From Chloroflexota bacterium (GTDB lineage Bacteria > Chloroflexota > Dormibacteria > Aeolococcales > Aeolococcaceae): a DNA stretch of 64,000 nucleotides. The stretch covers positions 64,003-128,002 of the forward strand of contig VBIQ01000008.1 of assembly GCA_005880985.1 (NCBI GenBank). The letters run 5' to 3'. This document shows positions 10,263-19,122 of this stretch, one piece after another. The notes beneath the pieces were generated by a model. It worked only from the letters and a program-made list of their open reading frames with translations, made no database searches and was not told the DNA's origin. The translations under genes were made by a program, and so were the position numbers. Position 1 is the stretch's first letter. The number at the start of each line of letters is the position of its first letter.

Positions 10263-10317
10263 CCGGTGATGATGCCAGCGCCTCCCATCGTGGTGGCGGT
10301 TTGCCAGACTGCGCGGC

Positions 10318-11250
10318 GTGCGGTGGGTGACCTTCCGGCGGGCGGATCACGTCGAGGACCGGGTCGGTCTGGTGGTCGGCGATCGCGTTCACGCGCTGCC
10401 TCCGCGCACCGCGCTGATCGACCTGCTCGGTGACGACGGCGAGCGCCTGTCACGCGCCGGCGAGCGCGCCGAGCATGAACCCGACCTGGTTCTGGTGCTG
10501 AGCGAGGTGCGACTGCGGCCGCCGATCACCAGACCGCCGTCGGTCCGCGACTTCTACGCCTTCGAGCAGCACGTGCGGACGGCTCGTCAGAGCCGCGGGT
10601 TGGAGATGGACCCTGACTGGTATGAGCTGCCGGTCTTCTACTTCACCAATCCGCATGCGATCTCGGCGGACGGTGATGACGTTGCCGTCCCGCCGGGTTG
10701 CGGCGAGCTCGACTACGAGCTGGAGGTCGCCGCGATCGTGGGACGCGGGGGCACCGACCTGGATCCTGATGAGGCAGAGCGTGCCATCGCCGGGTACTGC
10801 GTGATGAACGACTGGAGCGCGCGCGACCTGCAGCGACGCGAGATGAAGCTCAACCTGGGTCCCGCCAAGGGCAAGGACTTCGCTACCGGGCTGGGACCGT
10901 GGTTGGCGACGCCGGACGAGCTCGAGCCGGTGCGTTCCGGCGAGGCCTTCGATCTGGCGATGACCGCGTCGGTCAACGGCCGCGAGTACTCACGTGCGTC
11001 GCTGGCGGACGTGTACTGGAGTTTCGGTGAGATGATCGCCTATGCCTCACGAGGCACCCGCGTCGAGCCCGGGGATGTGATCGGGTCGGGGACGTGCGGC
11101 ACCGGCTGCATCCTCGAGCTGTCGCTGGTTCATGGCGGTGACGCGTACCCATGGCTGCAGCCCGGCGACCTGGTCGAGCTCTCGGTCGACCGCTTGGGAG
11201 CGCTGCGCAACCGGGTCGTGCCGGGGCCGCCGCTGCGCTCGCTGCGATGA
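10318..11250 (+). CDS. Fumarylacetoacetate hydrolase family protein
   Basis: RDFYAFEQH, LDYELEVAA, NDWSARDLQ, KGKDFAT, GDVIGSGT. Confidence 0.92.
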   Translation: MRWVTFRRADHVEDRVGLVVGDRVHALPPRTALIDLLGDDGERLSRAGERAEHEPDLVLVLSEVRLRPPITRPPSVRDFYAFEQHVRTARQSRGLEMDPDWYELPVFYFTNPHAISADGDDVAVPPGCGELDYELEVAAIVGRGGTDLDPDEAERAIAGYCVMNDWSARDLQRREMKLNLGPAKGKDFATGLGPWLATPDELEPVRSGEAFDLAMTASVNGREYSRASLADVYWSFGEMIAYASRGTRVEPGDVIGSGTCGTGCILELSLVHGGDAYPWLQPGDLVELSVDRLGALRNRVVPGPPLRSLR

Positions 11251-11738
11251 CCGCCGGCGCGGCCGCGGATCTGCTGATGCGCCTCGACGCGGTGGAGGCT
11301 CGCCTGGCATCGCTCGCGGTCGAGTCGGTTGGCGGGCTGACCGACGCCGACCCCGCAACCGGTGAGCGCTGGGATGCGGGACAGGTGTGGGCGCATCTGG
11401 CGGAGTTTCCCGGCTACTGGCTGGGGCAGGCCCGTCTGGTGGTGGAGAGATGGCGGGACGAGCCGGTTCCCTTCGGCCGGGTCAAGACCGATCCCGAGCG
11501 GCTGGCCGCCATCGAGAACGAGCGGATGGCGGCTCCTTCGCTCCTGTTGGATCGCGTGCATGCGCAGCTCGACGCGCTGCGGAGCTGGCTGCGCGAACTG
11601 CCCGGGGACGCCTGGGACGCGGTGGGGTTGCACGTCAGGCTCGGTGAGATGGGGCTGGCCCGCACCCTGGACGAGTTCGTGGTCGGCCACCTCGAGGAGC
11701 ACGCCGCCCAGCTCGAAGGGATGGCGGGACGCGGCTGA
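11247..11738 (+). CDS. DinB/YfiT-superfamily protein
   Basis: WDAGQVWAHLAE...VGHLEEHAAQL His triad pattern; ATGA overlap with the FAH stop. Confidence 0.75.
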   Translation: MTAGAAADLLMRLDAVEARLASLAVESVGGLTDADPATGERWDAGQVWAHLAEFPGYWLGQARLVVERWRDEPVPFGRVKTDPERLAAIENERMAAPSLLLDRVHAQLDALRSWLRELPGDAWDAVGLHVRLGEMGLARTLDEFVVGHLEEHAAQLEGMAGRG

Positions 11739-11958
11739 GCGGCACTCCATCACGACTCCAGGCGTTCGCGGAGCTCGGCGCTCAGGCAGGCGGGACACGC
11801 GGGAGCGCCGCCACCGCGGATCGAGCACTCCGCGCTCAGATGACCGTCGTACAGCCGGGCGGGGCTCGGGCGGGTCTCGGTGTGGTGGGGGCGCACCCGG
11901 GCGGGATTGCCGGCCCCCTCGGGCATGAACGGCTGGCGGGCGGGGTCGGGGCGAGGAC

Positions 11959-12690
11959 TCACGCCGCGATGCTGCGTGCCGCCGCCTCGTCGAGGAACCA
12001 GATCAGCTCGCCCTCGCGCGGCGCCACGCCGGCCGCGGGCACGCTGCCGTCCAGCACTCCCCGCAGCGCGTCCGCCTTGTTGGCGCCAGCCACCAGGAAG
12101 GCCACCGCCGCGGCGGCGTTGATCGTCGCGTACGTCAGGGTGATGCGGTCGTACGGCGCGTAGTCGGCACGACCCCGGGTGGCCCAGGTGTCCTGGACCC
12201 GGAGCGCGGGCTGTCCGGGAAAGAGCGAGGCGGTGTGTCCGTTCTCGCCCAGACCGAGCAGGATGCAGTCGAGCCGCGGCGCCCCGCACGGGCCTCGCGG
12301 CAGGGTGCGGACCAGCAGCTCTGCGTAGCGGGCGGCGGCGGCGGCGGGATCGGGCGCCTCGCCCTCCATCCGGTAGATGTGGTCGCGATCGACGGGAACC
12401 TGGCGGAGCAGGGTCTCGTCGATCAGGCGGTAATTGCTGGCGGGATCATCGGGCGGGCAGGCCCGCTCATCGGCGAAGTAGATGCGCCAGCGCTGCCAGT
12501 CGGCGCGAGTGCGCCATGGCTCTCCAGCCAGCAGCTGATACAGGGGGCGCGGGGTGCTCCCGCCGGAGACGGCGAGGGTGAAGCGGCCGTGATCGCCGAT
12601 GGCGGCAGCGGCCCGGTCCATCAACCACGCCGCCACCGTTTCCGCCAGGTTGGCCGCGATCCGCACCTGGCCGGGAAGCGACTCAGGCAT
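11959..12690 (-). CDS. pgl: 6-phosphogluconolactonase
   Basis: AVSGGSTP, FADERACPPDDPASNY, LLGLGENGHTASLFPG, RITLT. Confidence 0.95.
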   Translation of the reverse strand: MPESLPGQVRIAANLAETVAAWLMDRAAAAIGDHGRFTLAVSGGSTPRPLYQLLAGEPWRTRADWQRWRIYFADERACPPDDPASNYRLIDETLLRQVPVDRDHIYRMEGEAPDPAAAAARYAELLVRTLPRGPCGAPRLDCILLGLGENGHTASLFPGQPALRVQDTWATRGRADYAPYDRITLTYATINAAAAVAFLVAGANKADALRGVLDGSVPAAGVAPREGELIWFLDEAAARSIAA

Positions 12691-13744
12691 TGTCGGCCAG
12701 CGCTGCAGCCCGCAGCGCGGCGAGGTGGATGGGATCGACATCGGTCTCCTGCAGGATGCTGCCGACCAGTTCGGCGGTGCTTGGATCTGTCGCGGGAAGG
12801 CTGCGGACCAGGCGGGGACCGCGTTCGACCTCCAGGGAACAGGTGATGACCCCCTGCTCGCGGGCCAGCCTCACCCGCGCCGCGCCTCCTCCCGCGTGTC
12901 CTTCCAGCTCGACGGCGGCGAGCCGCGGCGCCGCGTCCGAGCCGCTGATGGTGGCCATCTCCACTTTTGGCGAGAACGACTCCCCGGCGGTCGGGGGGAC
13001 CCGGGATGCGATCCAGCCGGCGATCAGCCACCCGTCGCTGCAGGGACGGTCCCCGGCGGTGGTCACGGCGAGACTTTGCAGTCCCCGCAGGTAGCGCGGC
13101 ATGTCCGGTCCGTCGAAGGCCTGCGCCAGCAACTCGCGCCAGCGCCGCCCGCGGACCCAGGCGAGGTCGGCCAGCCGCAGCCGTGGCTGAACGGATGCGT
13201 GGGTGGCAAGCAGCATCAGCGTTCTCGCGCTGTCGGCGTAGCCGTTGCTGTCGAGGATGACCCGCTCGCAGGCGCCGGCGACGTCGTCGCTCAGCGCCTG
13301 GTCGAGCGGCGGCGCTCCCACCACCCAGAGGTAGACGGGGACGTCGGGCAGCAGCAGCGGCGCGACCACGCTGAGCAGGTGGCGGGCCGGTTCGCCGGCG
13401 ACGCGCAGCTGAACCTGTTCGGCGCAGACCTGGCCGCCGCCGCGGACCGAGCATTGGAGGGAGAGGTCGGCGGTGATCGACGCCTCCGCCGCCGCGGGGT
13501 CGGCGAGGATGATGATGATCCGCGCCGGACTGGTCTCGGCGATGCGCGACGCCACCACCTCGGCGGTCTCCGTGCCCGCCTCGTCGGTACAGGCAGCGAC
13601 CAGGGTCAGACAGCTGAGGCGCACCGGGGTGCTGCCCTCCTCGCCCGCCCTGAGCGTCTCCGCATGCAGCGCGATGAGCTCGTGGGCGACCGCGTTCAGC
13701 CCGCTGGCGTGGGCGGTACGGATCAGGGTCGGCGACTGGCTCAC
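12683..13744 (-). CDS. opcA: Glucose-6-phosphate dehydrogenase assembly protein OpcA
   Basis: Lies between zwf and pgl; VAPLLLPDVPVYLW and LADLAWVRGRRWRELLAQAFD are OpcA signatures. Confidence 0.9.
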   Translation of the reverse strand: MSQSPTLIRTAHASGLNAVAHELIALHAETLRAGEEGSTPVRLSCLTLVAACTDEAGTETAEVVASRIAETSPARIIIILADPAAAEASITADLSLQCSVRGGGQVCAEQVQLRVAGEPARHLLSVVAPLLLPDVPVYLWVVGAPPLDQALSDDVAGACERVILDSNGYADSARTLMLLATHASVQPRLRLADLAWVRGRRWRELLAQAFDGPDMPRYLRGLQSLAVTTAGDRPCSDGWLIAGWIASRVPPTAGESFSPKVEMATISGSDAAPRLAAVELEGHAGGGAARVRLAREQGVITCSLEVERGPRLVRSLPATDPSTAELVGSILQETDVDPIHLAALRAAALADNA

Positions 13745-13754
13745 CGGCGGAGGA

Positions 13755-15356
13755 CTACAGGCGGCGCCAGGCGCGGCCGTCGCCGGCGATGAAGTCGTGC
13801 GCCTCGCGCGGTCCCCAGGTTCCCGCTTCGTAGTTGGGGAACTGAGCCGGATCGGGAGGGTGGGTGCGCCAGGCGTCGAGGATGGCGGTGCAGACCCGCC
13901 AGGCCTCCTCCACCTCGTCTTCGCGGGCGAACAGGGTGGCGTCGCCGAGCATGCAGTCGAGCAGCAACCGCTCGTACGCGTCCGGCGAGGCGCCGAGGAA
14001 GGAGCTGCCGTAGAGGAAGTCCATCGAGACGCTGCGGATGCGCATCGTCTGGCCGGGCACCTTGGCGGCGAAGCGGAGGGTGATGCCCTCGTCGGGCTGG
14101 ATGCGGAGGATCAGCCAGTTGGGTTCGATCGTCCCGCCGACCACGGACGAGCGCGGGCTGTCGAACGGGCTGTGGGGGACGCGCCGGAACTGGACGGCGA
14201 TCTCGGTGGCGCGCCGCGGGAGCCGTTTGCCGGTGCGCAGGTAGAAGGGCGTCGTCGCCCATCGCCAGTTGTCGACATCGAGCTTGAGGGCGACGAAGGT
14301 CTCGCGCAGCGACTGCTCGGGAACACCCTCCTCCTCGCGGTATCCGGGGACGCGCTCGCCGTCGATCCAGCCGGGGCCGTACTCGCCTCGGACGGTGCGC
14401 GCGAGCGCGTCCTCCGGGGCAATGGGACGGATGGCGCGCAGCAGCTTGACCTTCTCGTCGCGCACCGTCTCGGCGGCGAAGTCGGCCGGCGCCTCCATAC
14501 CGACGAGCGCGACCAGCTGCATGATGTGGTTCTGCACGATGTCGCGCAGCGCCCCCGACTCCTCGTAGTAGTTGCCGCGCCCTTCGACACCGAGCGACTC
14601 CGCCACCGTGATCTGGACGTGATCGATGTACTGGCGGTTCCAGATCGGCTCGAAGATGCCGTTGGCGAAGCGGAACACCATCAGGTTCTGGACTGTCTCC
14701 TTGCCCAGGTAGTGGTCGATGCGGTAGATCTGGTCCTCGTTGAAGCTGCGGTGGAGCTCCTCGGTGAGGGTGCGAGCGGTGGCGAGGTCGCGGCCGAACG
14801 GCTTCTCGACCACCAGGTGGACATAGGCGCCGGGGCTGTCCGCGGCACGGTTGAGGCCCTCCTCGCCGAGCCGGGTGGCGACCCGGCCGATGCCGCTCGG
14901 GGGGATGCTGAGATAGAAGAGTCGGTTGCCGCCGGTGCCGCGGTCGCGATCGCACTCGGCCAGCACCTGTTTCAGCGCCTCGAAACCGCCCTCGGCTTGG
15001 AAGTCGACGACGGCGTAGCGCAGGCCCTGGGCGAAGCCGCTCCAGACATCGTCGCGGAGCTCGACGCGGCCGTACTTCTCCACCCCCTCCCGCATCGCGG
15101 CGCGGAACGCGTCGTCCGACATCTCGGTGCGGCCGGCGCCGACCACACTGGTGCTCGAGGGGAGCAGGCCGTCGGAGGCCAGGGCGTAGAGAGCGGGGAC
15201 GAGCTTGCGCTGAGTGAGGTCGCCGCTGGCGCCGAAGATCACGACCGCACAGGGCAGCGGGGTGCGCTGCTGCCGAACCCCCTCGCGAAGCGGGTTGACC
15301 TCCTGCTCTGGTGGCGCCTGCGTCTGCACCGGTGCCGACGCTCCGTCGGGAGCCAC
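13755..15356 (-). CDS. zwf: Glucose-6-phosphate 1-dehydrogenase
   Basis: IFGASGDLTQRKL, RIDHYLGKE, LRDIVQNH, YLRTGKRL, YEAGTWGP. Confidence 0.98.
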   Translation of the reverse strand: MAPDGASAPVQTQAPPEQEVNPLREGVRQQRTPLPCAVVIFGASGDLTQRKLVPALYALASDGLLPSSTSVVGAGRTEMSDDAFRAAMREGVEKYGRVELRDDVWSGFAQGLRYAVVDFQAEGGFEALKQVLAECDRDRGTGGNRLFYLSIPPSGIGRVATRLGEEGLNRAADSPGAYVHLVVEKPFGRDLATARTLTEELHRSFNEDQIYRIDHYLGKETVQNLMVFRFANGIFEPIWNRQYIDHVQITVAESLGVEGRGNYYEESGALRDIVQNHIMQLVALVGMEAPADFAAETVRDEKVKLLRAIRPIAPEDALARTVRGEYGPGWIDGERVPGYREEEGVPEQSLRETFVALKLDVDNWRWATTPFYLRTGKRLPRRATEIAVQFRRVPHSPFDSPRSSVVGGTIEPNWLILRIQPDEGITLRFAAKVPGQTMRIRSVSMDFLYGSSFLGASPDAYERLLLDCMLGDATLFAREDEVEEAWRVCTAILDAWRTHPPDPAQFPNYEAGTWGPREAHDFIAGDGRAWRRL

Positions 15357-15357
15357 C

Positions 15358-16266
15358 CTACGGGGCCTCTGCCTTCACCGCGTGGCCGCCGAACTCGTTG
15401 CGCAGCGCCGCGATCACCTTGTTGGCGAAGCTGTCATCGCGGCGCGAGTCGAACCTGGTGAAGAGACTCAGGGCGATGGTCGGGGCGGGGATGCGCAGGT
15501 CGATCGCCTCCTGCACCGTCCAGCGGCCCTCGCCGGAGTCGTCGACCCAGCCGCGCAGCCTGTCCAATCCCGGATCGCGCTGAAAGGCCGCCTCGGCGAG
15601 CTCCAGCAGCCAGGAGCGCACCACGCTTCCCTGGTTCCAGAGGTGGGCGATGCCGTGCAGGTCGAGCTCGAACTCCGACTTGGCGTGCAGGATGTCGAAG
15701 CCTTCCGCATACGCCTGGAGCATGGCGTACTCGATCCCGTTATGGACCATCTTGACGAAATGTCCCGCGCCGGTGGGACCGACATGGAGGAAGCCGTCGG
15801 GAGGCGCCAGGGTGTCGAACACCGGCCGCAGGTGGTCGATGGCGGTCTGGTCGCCGCCGGCCATGATGCAATAGCCGACCTCCAGGCCCCAGATGCCTCC
15901 GCTGGTGCCGGCGTCGACCAGGTGCACGCCCCTGGCCCGGCAGCGTTCGGCGTCGGCCATGGTGTCGCGGTAGTTGCTGTTGCCGCCGTCGACGATGATG
16001 TCACCGCCGCCGAGCAGCTCCAGCAGCCGGCTGATGGTGTCCTCGGTGACCTTGCCGGCGGGGACCATCAGCCACACGGCGCGGGGCCGGTCGAGCCTCC
16101 CGACCAGCTCGTCGAGGGAGGAGACGGCAACCGCGCCGAACTGCTCGACCGCGTTCCGGGCCTGCGGGTCAGGGTCGAAGGCGACCACCGCGGTGTCGCT
16201 GTCGCGGCGCAACCGGTGGACCATGTTGCCGCCCATCCGGCCCAGCCCGACGAATCCCAGCTGCAT
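15358..16266 (-). CDS. gnd: Decarboxylating 6-phosphogluconate dehydrogenase, short (YqeC/GntZ-like) type
   Basis: GLGRMGGNM, VDGGNS, GAGHFVKMVHNGIEY, SGEGRWTV, ALRNEFGGH; 302 aa. Confidence 0.95.
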   Translation of the reverse strand: MQLGFVGLGRMGGNMVHRLRRDSDTAVVAFDPDPQARNAVEQFGAVAVSSLDELVGRLDRPRAVWLMVPAGKVTEDTISRLLELLGGGDIIVDGGNSNYRDTMADAERCRARGVHLVDAGTSGGIWGLEVGYCIMAGGDQTAIDHLRPVFDTLAPPDGFLHVGPTGAGHFVKMVHNGIEYAMLQAYAEGFDILHAKSEFELDLHGIAHLWNQGSVVRSWLLELAEAAFQRDPGLDRLRGWVDDSGEGRWTVQEAIDLRIPAPTIALSLFTRFDSRRDDSFANKVIAALRNEFGGHAVKAEAP

Positions 16267-19106
16267 CAGCGTACCGCCCCCGCTGCGGTGGTCAGCGCCG
16301 CGGTGAGGCGCTGCAGGCCCGAGCGGAGGTCACCGGCGATGTGGATGCGGATGGCGCGGCGCCCGTGCTGGTGGAGCGATTCGAGGTCGCCCTGGGCCTG
16401 CGCCCTTTTCAGTACCGAGAAGGTGTACCGCTTGCCGGGGACCTCCACGTCGGTGGTGTCGTCGGTGGTGATCTGGATGAAGACCCCCTTGTCCGGGCCT
16501 CCCTTGTGGAGCTGGCCGGTGCTGTGCAGGAAGCGCGGTCCGAATCCCAGCGTGGTCGCCACCCGGCGGCCGTCGCGGATGGCGACTCGCAGCTGCTGCA
16601 GGGCCGCCTCATTCTCCTCGCTCGGGGTGACGTAGGCCATCAGCGCGACGTAGTCGCCACGCTGCGCGCTCTCAACGAAGCGGCGAAGGGCGGCGCCGGC
16701 GTCACGCTCCTTCTCGCCACCGAAGACGGCGATGTCGCCGTCGCTGACCGCCGGCTCGCCGGCATCGGGCAGCGCGCCGCTGCTTGCGAAGGCGTCGAGC
16801 AGCCGCTTGGTGTTGTCCTTCGACTCCTGCACGTTGGGCTCGTCGAAGGGGTCGATGTGCAGGGACGCGCCAGCCACCGCGGTGGCGAACTCCCAGCGGA
16901 AGAATTCGCCACCCAGGTCGTAGAGGTCGGCGAGGTCGAGGGTGACCATCGGCTGGCCCGCGGTCCGCAGCGCGCCCACCCCGCGGTCGAACGACGGGTC
17001 ATCGCCCAGGCGCAGGGCGACGAAGAGGCGGTCGTCGCCGTAGACGTCGGGGCGGCCGACCGGCTCGCCGCCGATGGGGATGATCCCCTTGCCCTCCTTG
17101 CCGGTGCTCTCGGCGATGAGCTGTTCCGCCCAGAGGCTGAACGCGGCGATGCGGGGCGGCGCCAGGATGGTGACCTTGTCGCGGCCCACACCGCTCAGCA
17201 GCCCCATGGTGGTGCCCAGCTCGAGGCCGGGATTGAGCTGGGCCGGAGCCTCGGCGCCGCACTGGGCCGCCATGGTGGCGGCTCGGTCGAGCAGCGCCTC
17301 GATGTCGATGCCGGCAACCGCTGCGGGTACCAGCCCGAAGAACGACAGTGCGGAATAGCGGCCGCCGATATCGGGAGGATTCTCGAAGAGGTGTCGGAAC
17401 CCGCGCTCTCCGGCGGTCTTCCCCAGTGACGTCCCGGGATCGGTGATCGCTGCGAAGGCTCGTCCGGTGTCGGGGATGCCGGCGGCGCGGACCACCCGCC
17501 AGAAGTGCTCCAGGTGGGAGAGCGTCTCCACCGTGCCGCCCGATTTGCTGGCGACGATGAAGAGGACGCGGTGCGGGTCGATGCCCCGGGTGACGGCCAC
17601 GATGGCGGCGGGATCGGTGGTGTCGAGGACGTGGAGGGTCGGGTAGCCGGCGGCGCTGCCGAAGGAGGTGCGCAGCACCTCGGGACACAGGCTGCTGCCG
17701 CCCATGCCGAGCAGTACCGCGTCGCGGACGCCCTCGTCTCGCAGCGCCGCGGCAAAGCCGAGCAGCTCGGGCACACGGCCCTTCATGGTGTCGATCACCT
17801 CGAGCCAGCCGAGACGGTTCTCGATGATCGCCTTGTGGGCGGCATCGCCTGGCTTCCAGAGATCGGCGTCCCGCTGCCAGATTCGCGTCGCCACCTCGCC
17901 GGCGGTACCCTCCCTGAGCTCCGACTCGACCACCGACGCCTGGGCGCCCAGCTCCAGACGGGTGCGCCCCGACAGCCCGCCGCGCAGCTTCTCGACCTCG
18001 CGCGCGATCGCGGCGATCAGCTGGTCGTACGAGTCGGCGAACGACTTGACTCCGGCGTCGAGGAGATCCTGAGTCACCTCGTCCATGTCGATGCCGACCG
18101 CCGCCAGGCGCTCGAAGGTTCGGTGAGCTCCGGGATAGTCGCTGGACGCGGTGTCGCCGTCGACGATGCCGTGGTCGCGGAAGGCCTCGATGGTCGCCGG
18201 TGGCATGGTGTCGATGGTGTCGGGGCCGACCAGCGCCTCGGCGTAGACGACGGCCCGGTACTTGGGGTTCTTGGCGCTGGTGCTGGCCCAGAGGGTGCGC
18301 TGCGGCCTGGCTCCCACCTCGCGAAGCTGCTCGAATCGATCGCCTTTGAAAACCTGCTCGAAGCTCTCGTAGGCAAGCCGCGCGTTGGCGATCGCGGCGG
18401 TACCCAGCAGTGACCTGAGCTCCTGGTTGTCGGGGTCCTTCTCGAGCTTCTCCTCGAGCAGCTTGTCCACGGCGGTGTCGACCCGGCTGACGAAGAAGGA
18501 GGCGACGGAGGCGATGTCGACAGACTGCCCGCGTTCGCGACGCTCCTCGAGTCCGCCGATGTACGCCTCGGCCACCGCCTGGTAGGCGGAGAGGGCGAAG
18601 ATCAGCGTCACGTTGATGTTGACGCCGGCGGCGACCAGACGGCGGATGGCCGGGATGCCCTCGGGAGTCGCCGGCACCTTGACCATCAGGTTGGGGCGCT
18701 CGACCTTGCTCCACAGGAACTTGGCCATGTCGATGGTGGCAGCGGTGTCGTGGGCGAGCGCCGGCGCGACTTCGATGCTGACGAAGCCGTCGGCTCCTCG
18801 GGTGCGGTCGTAGACGGGTCGCATGATGTCGGCGGCCTGCTGGATGTCGGTCACCGAGAGCTCGACAAAGAGGTCGTCGGGAGAGGCGATGCCGGCCTGG
18901 AGCAGGGCGGCAAGCTGCGCGTCGTAGTCGGTGCCCTCGGCGATCGCCTTCTGGAAGATGGTGGGATTGCTGGTGAGCCCGGTGACGTGCTCCGCGGCGA
19001 CCAGGCGCCGGAGCTCGCCGCTGGTGATGAGCTCGCGGCTGATGTAGTCGAGCCAGATGCTCTGCCCGTGCTCCACCAGCTTCTGCAGCGGGTTCTTGTC
19101 GGCCAT
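16266..19106 (-). CDS. tal-pgi: Bifunctional transaldolase / glucose-6-phosphate isomerase
   Basis: N-half GLTSNPTIF, VKVPATPEG, ASFFVSRVD (Tal); C-half LLGMGGSSL, ASKSGGTVET, IGGRYSALS, EQLIAESTGK, HSTGQLHKGG (Pgi). Confidence 0.95.
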   Translation of the reverse strand: MADKNPLQKLVEHGQSIWLDYISRELITSGELRRLVAAEHVTGLTSNPTIFQKAIAEGTDYDAQLAALLQAGIASPDDLFVELSVTDIQQAADIMRPVYDRTRGADGFVSIEVAPALAHDTAATIDMAKFLWSKVERPNLMVKVPATPEGIPAIRRLVAAGVNINVTLIFALSAYQAVAEAYIGGLEERRERGQSVDIASVASFFVSRVDTAVDKLLEEKLEKDPDNQELRSLLGTAAIANARLAYESFEQVFKGDRFEQLREVGARPQRTLWASTSAKNPKYRAVVYAEALVGPDTIDTMPPATIEAFRDHGIVDGDTASSDYPGAHRTFERLAAVGIDMDEVTQDLLDAGVKSFADSYDQLIAAIAREVEKLRGGLSGRTRLELGAQASVVESELREGTAGEVATRIWQRDADLWKPGDAAHKAIIENRLGWLEVIDTMKGRVPELLGFAAALRDEGVRDAVLLGMGGSSLCPEVLRTSFGSAAGYPTLHVLDTTDPAAIVAVTRGIDPHRVLFIVASKSGGTVETLSHLEHFWRVVRAAGIPDTGRAFAAITDPGTSLGKTAGERGFRHLFENPPDIGGRYSALSFFGLVPAAVAGIDIEALLDRAATMAAQCGAEAPAQLNPGLELGTTMGLLSGVGRDKVTILAPPRIAAFSLWAEQLIAESTGKEGKGIIPIGGEPVGRPDVYGDDRLFVALRLGDDPSFDRGVGALRTAGQPMVTLDLADLYDLGGEFFRWEFATAVAGASLHIDPFDEPNVQESKDNTKRLLDAFASSGALPDAGEPAVSDGDIAVFGGEKERDAGAALRRFVESAQRGDYVALMAYVTPSEENEAALQQLRVAIRDGRRVATTLGFGPRFLHSTGQLHKGGPDKGVFIQITTDDTTDVEVPGKRYTFSVLKRAQAQGDLESLHQHGRRAIRIHIAGDLRSGLQRLTAALTTAAGAVR

Positions 19107-19122
19107 CGATTGCGTTCCTCCC

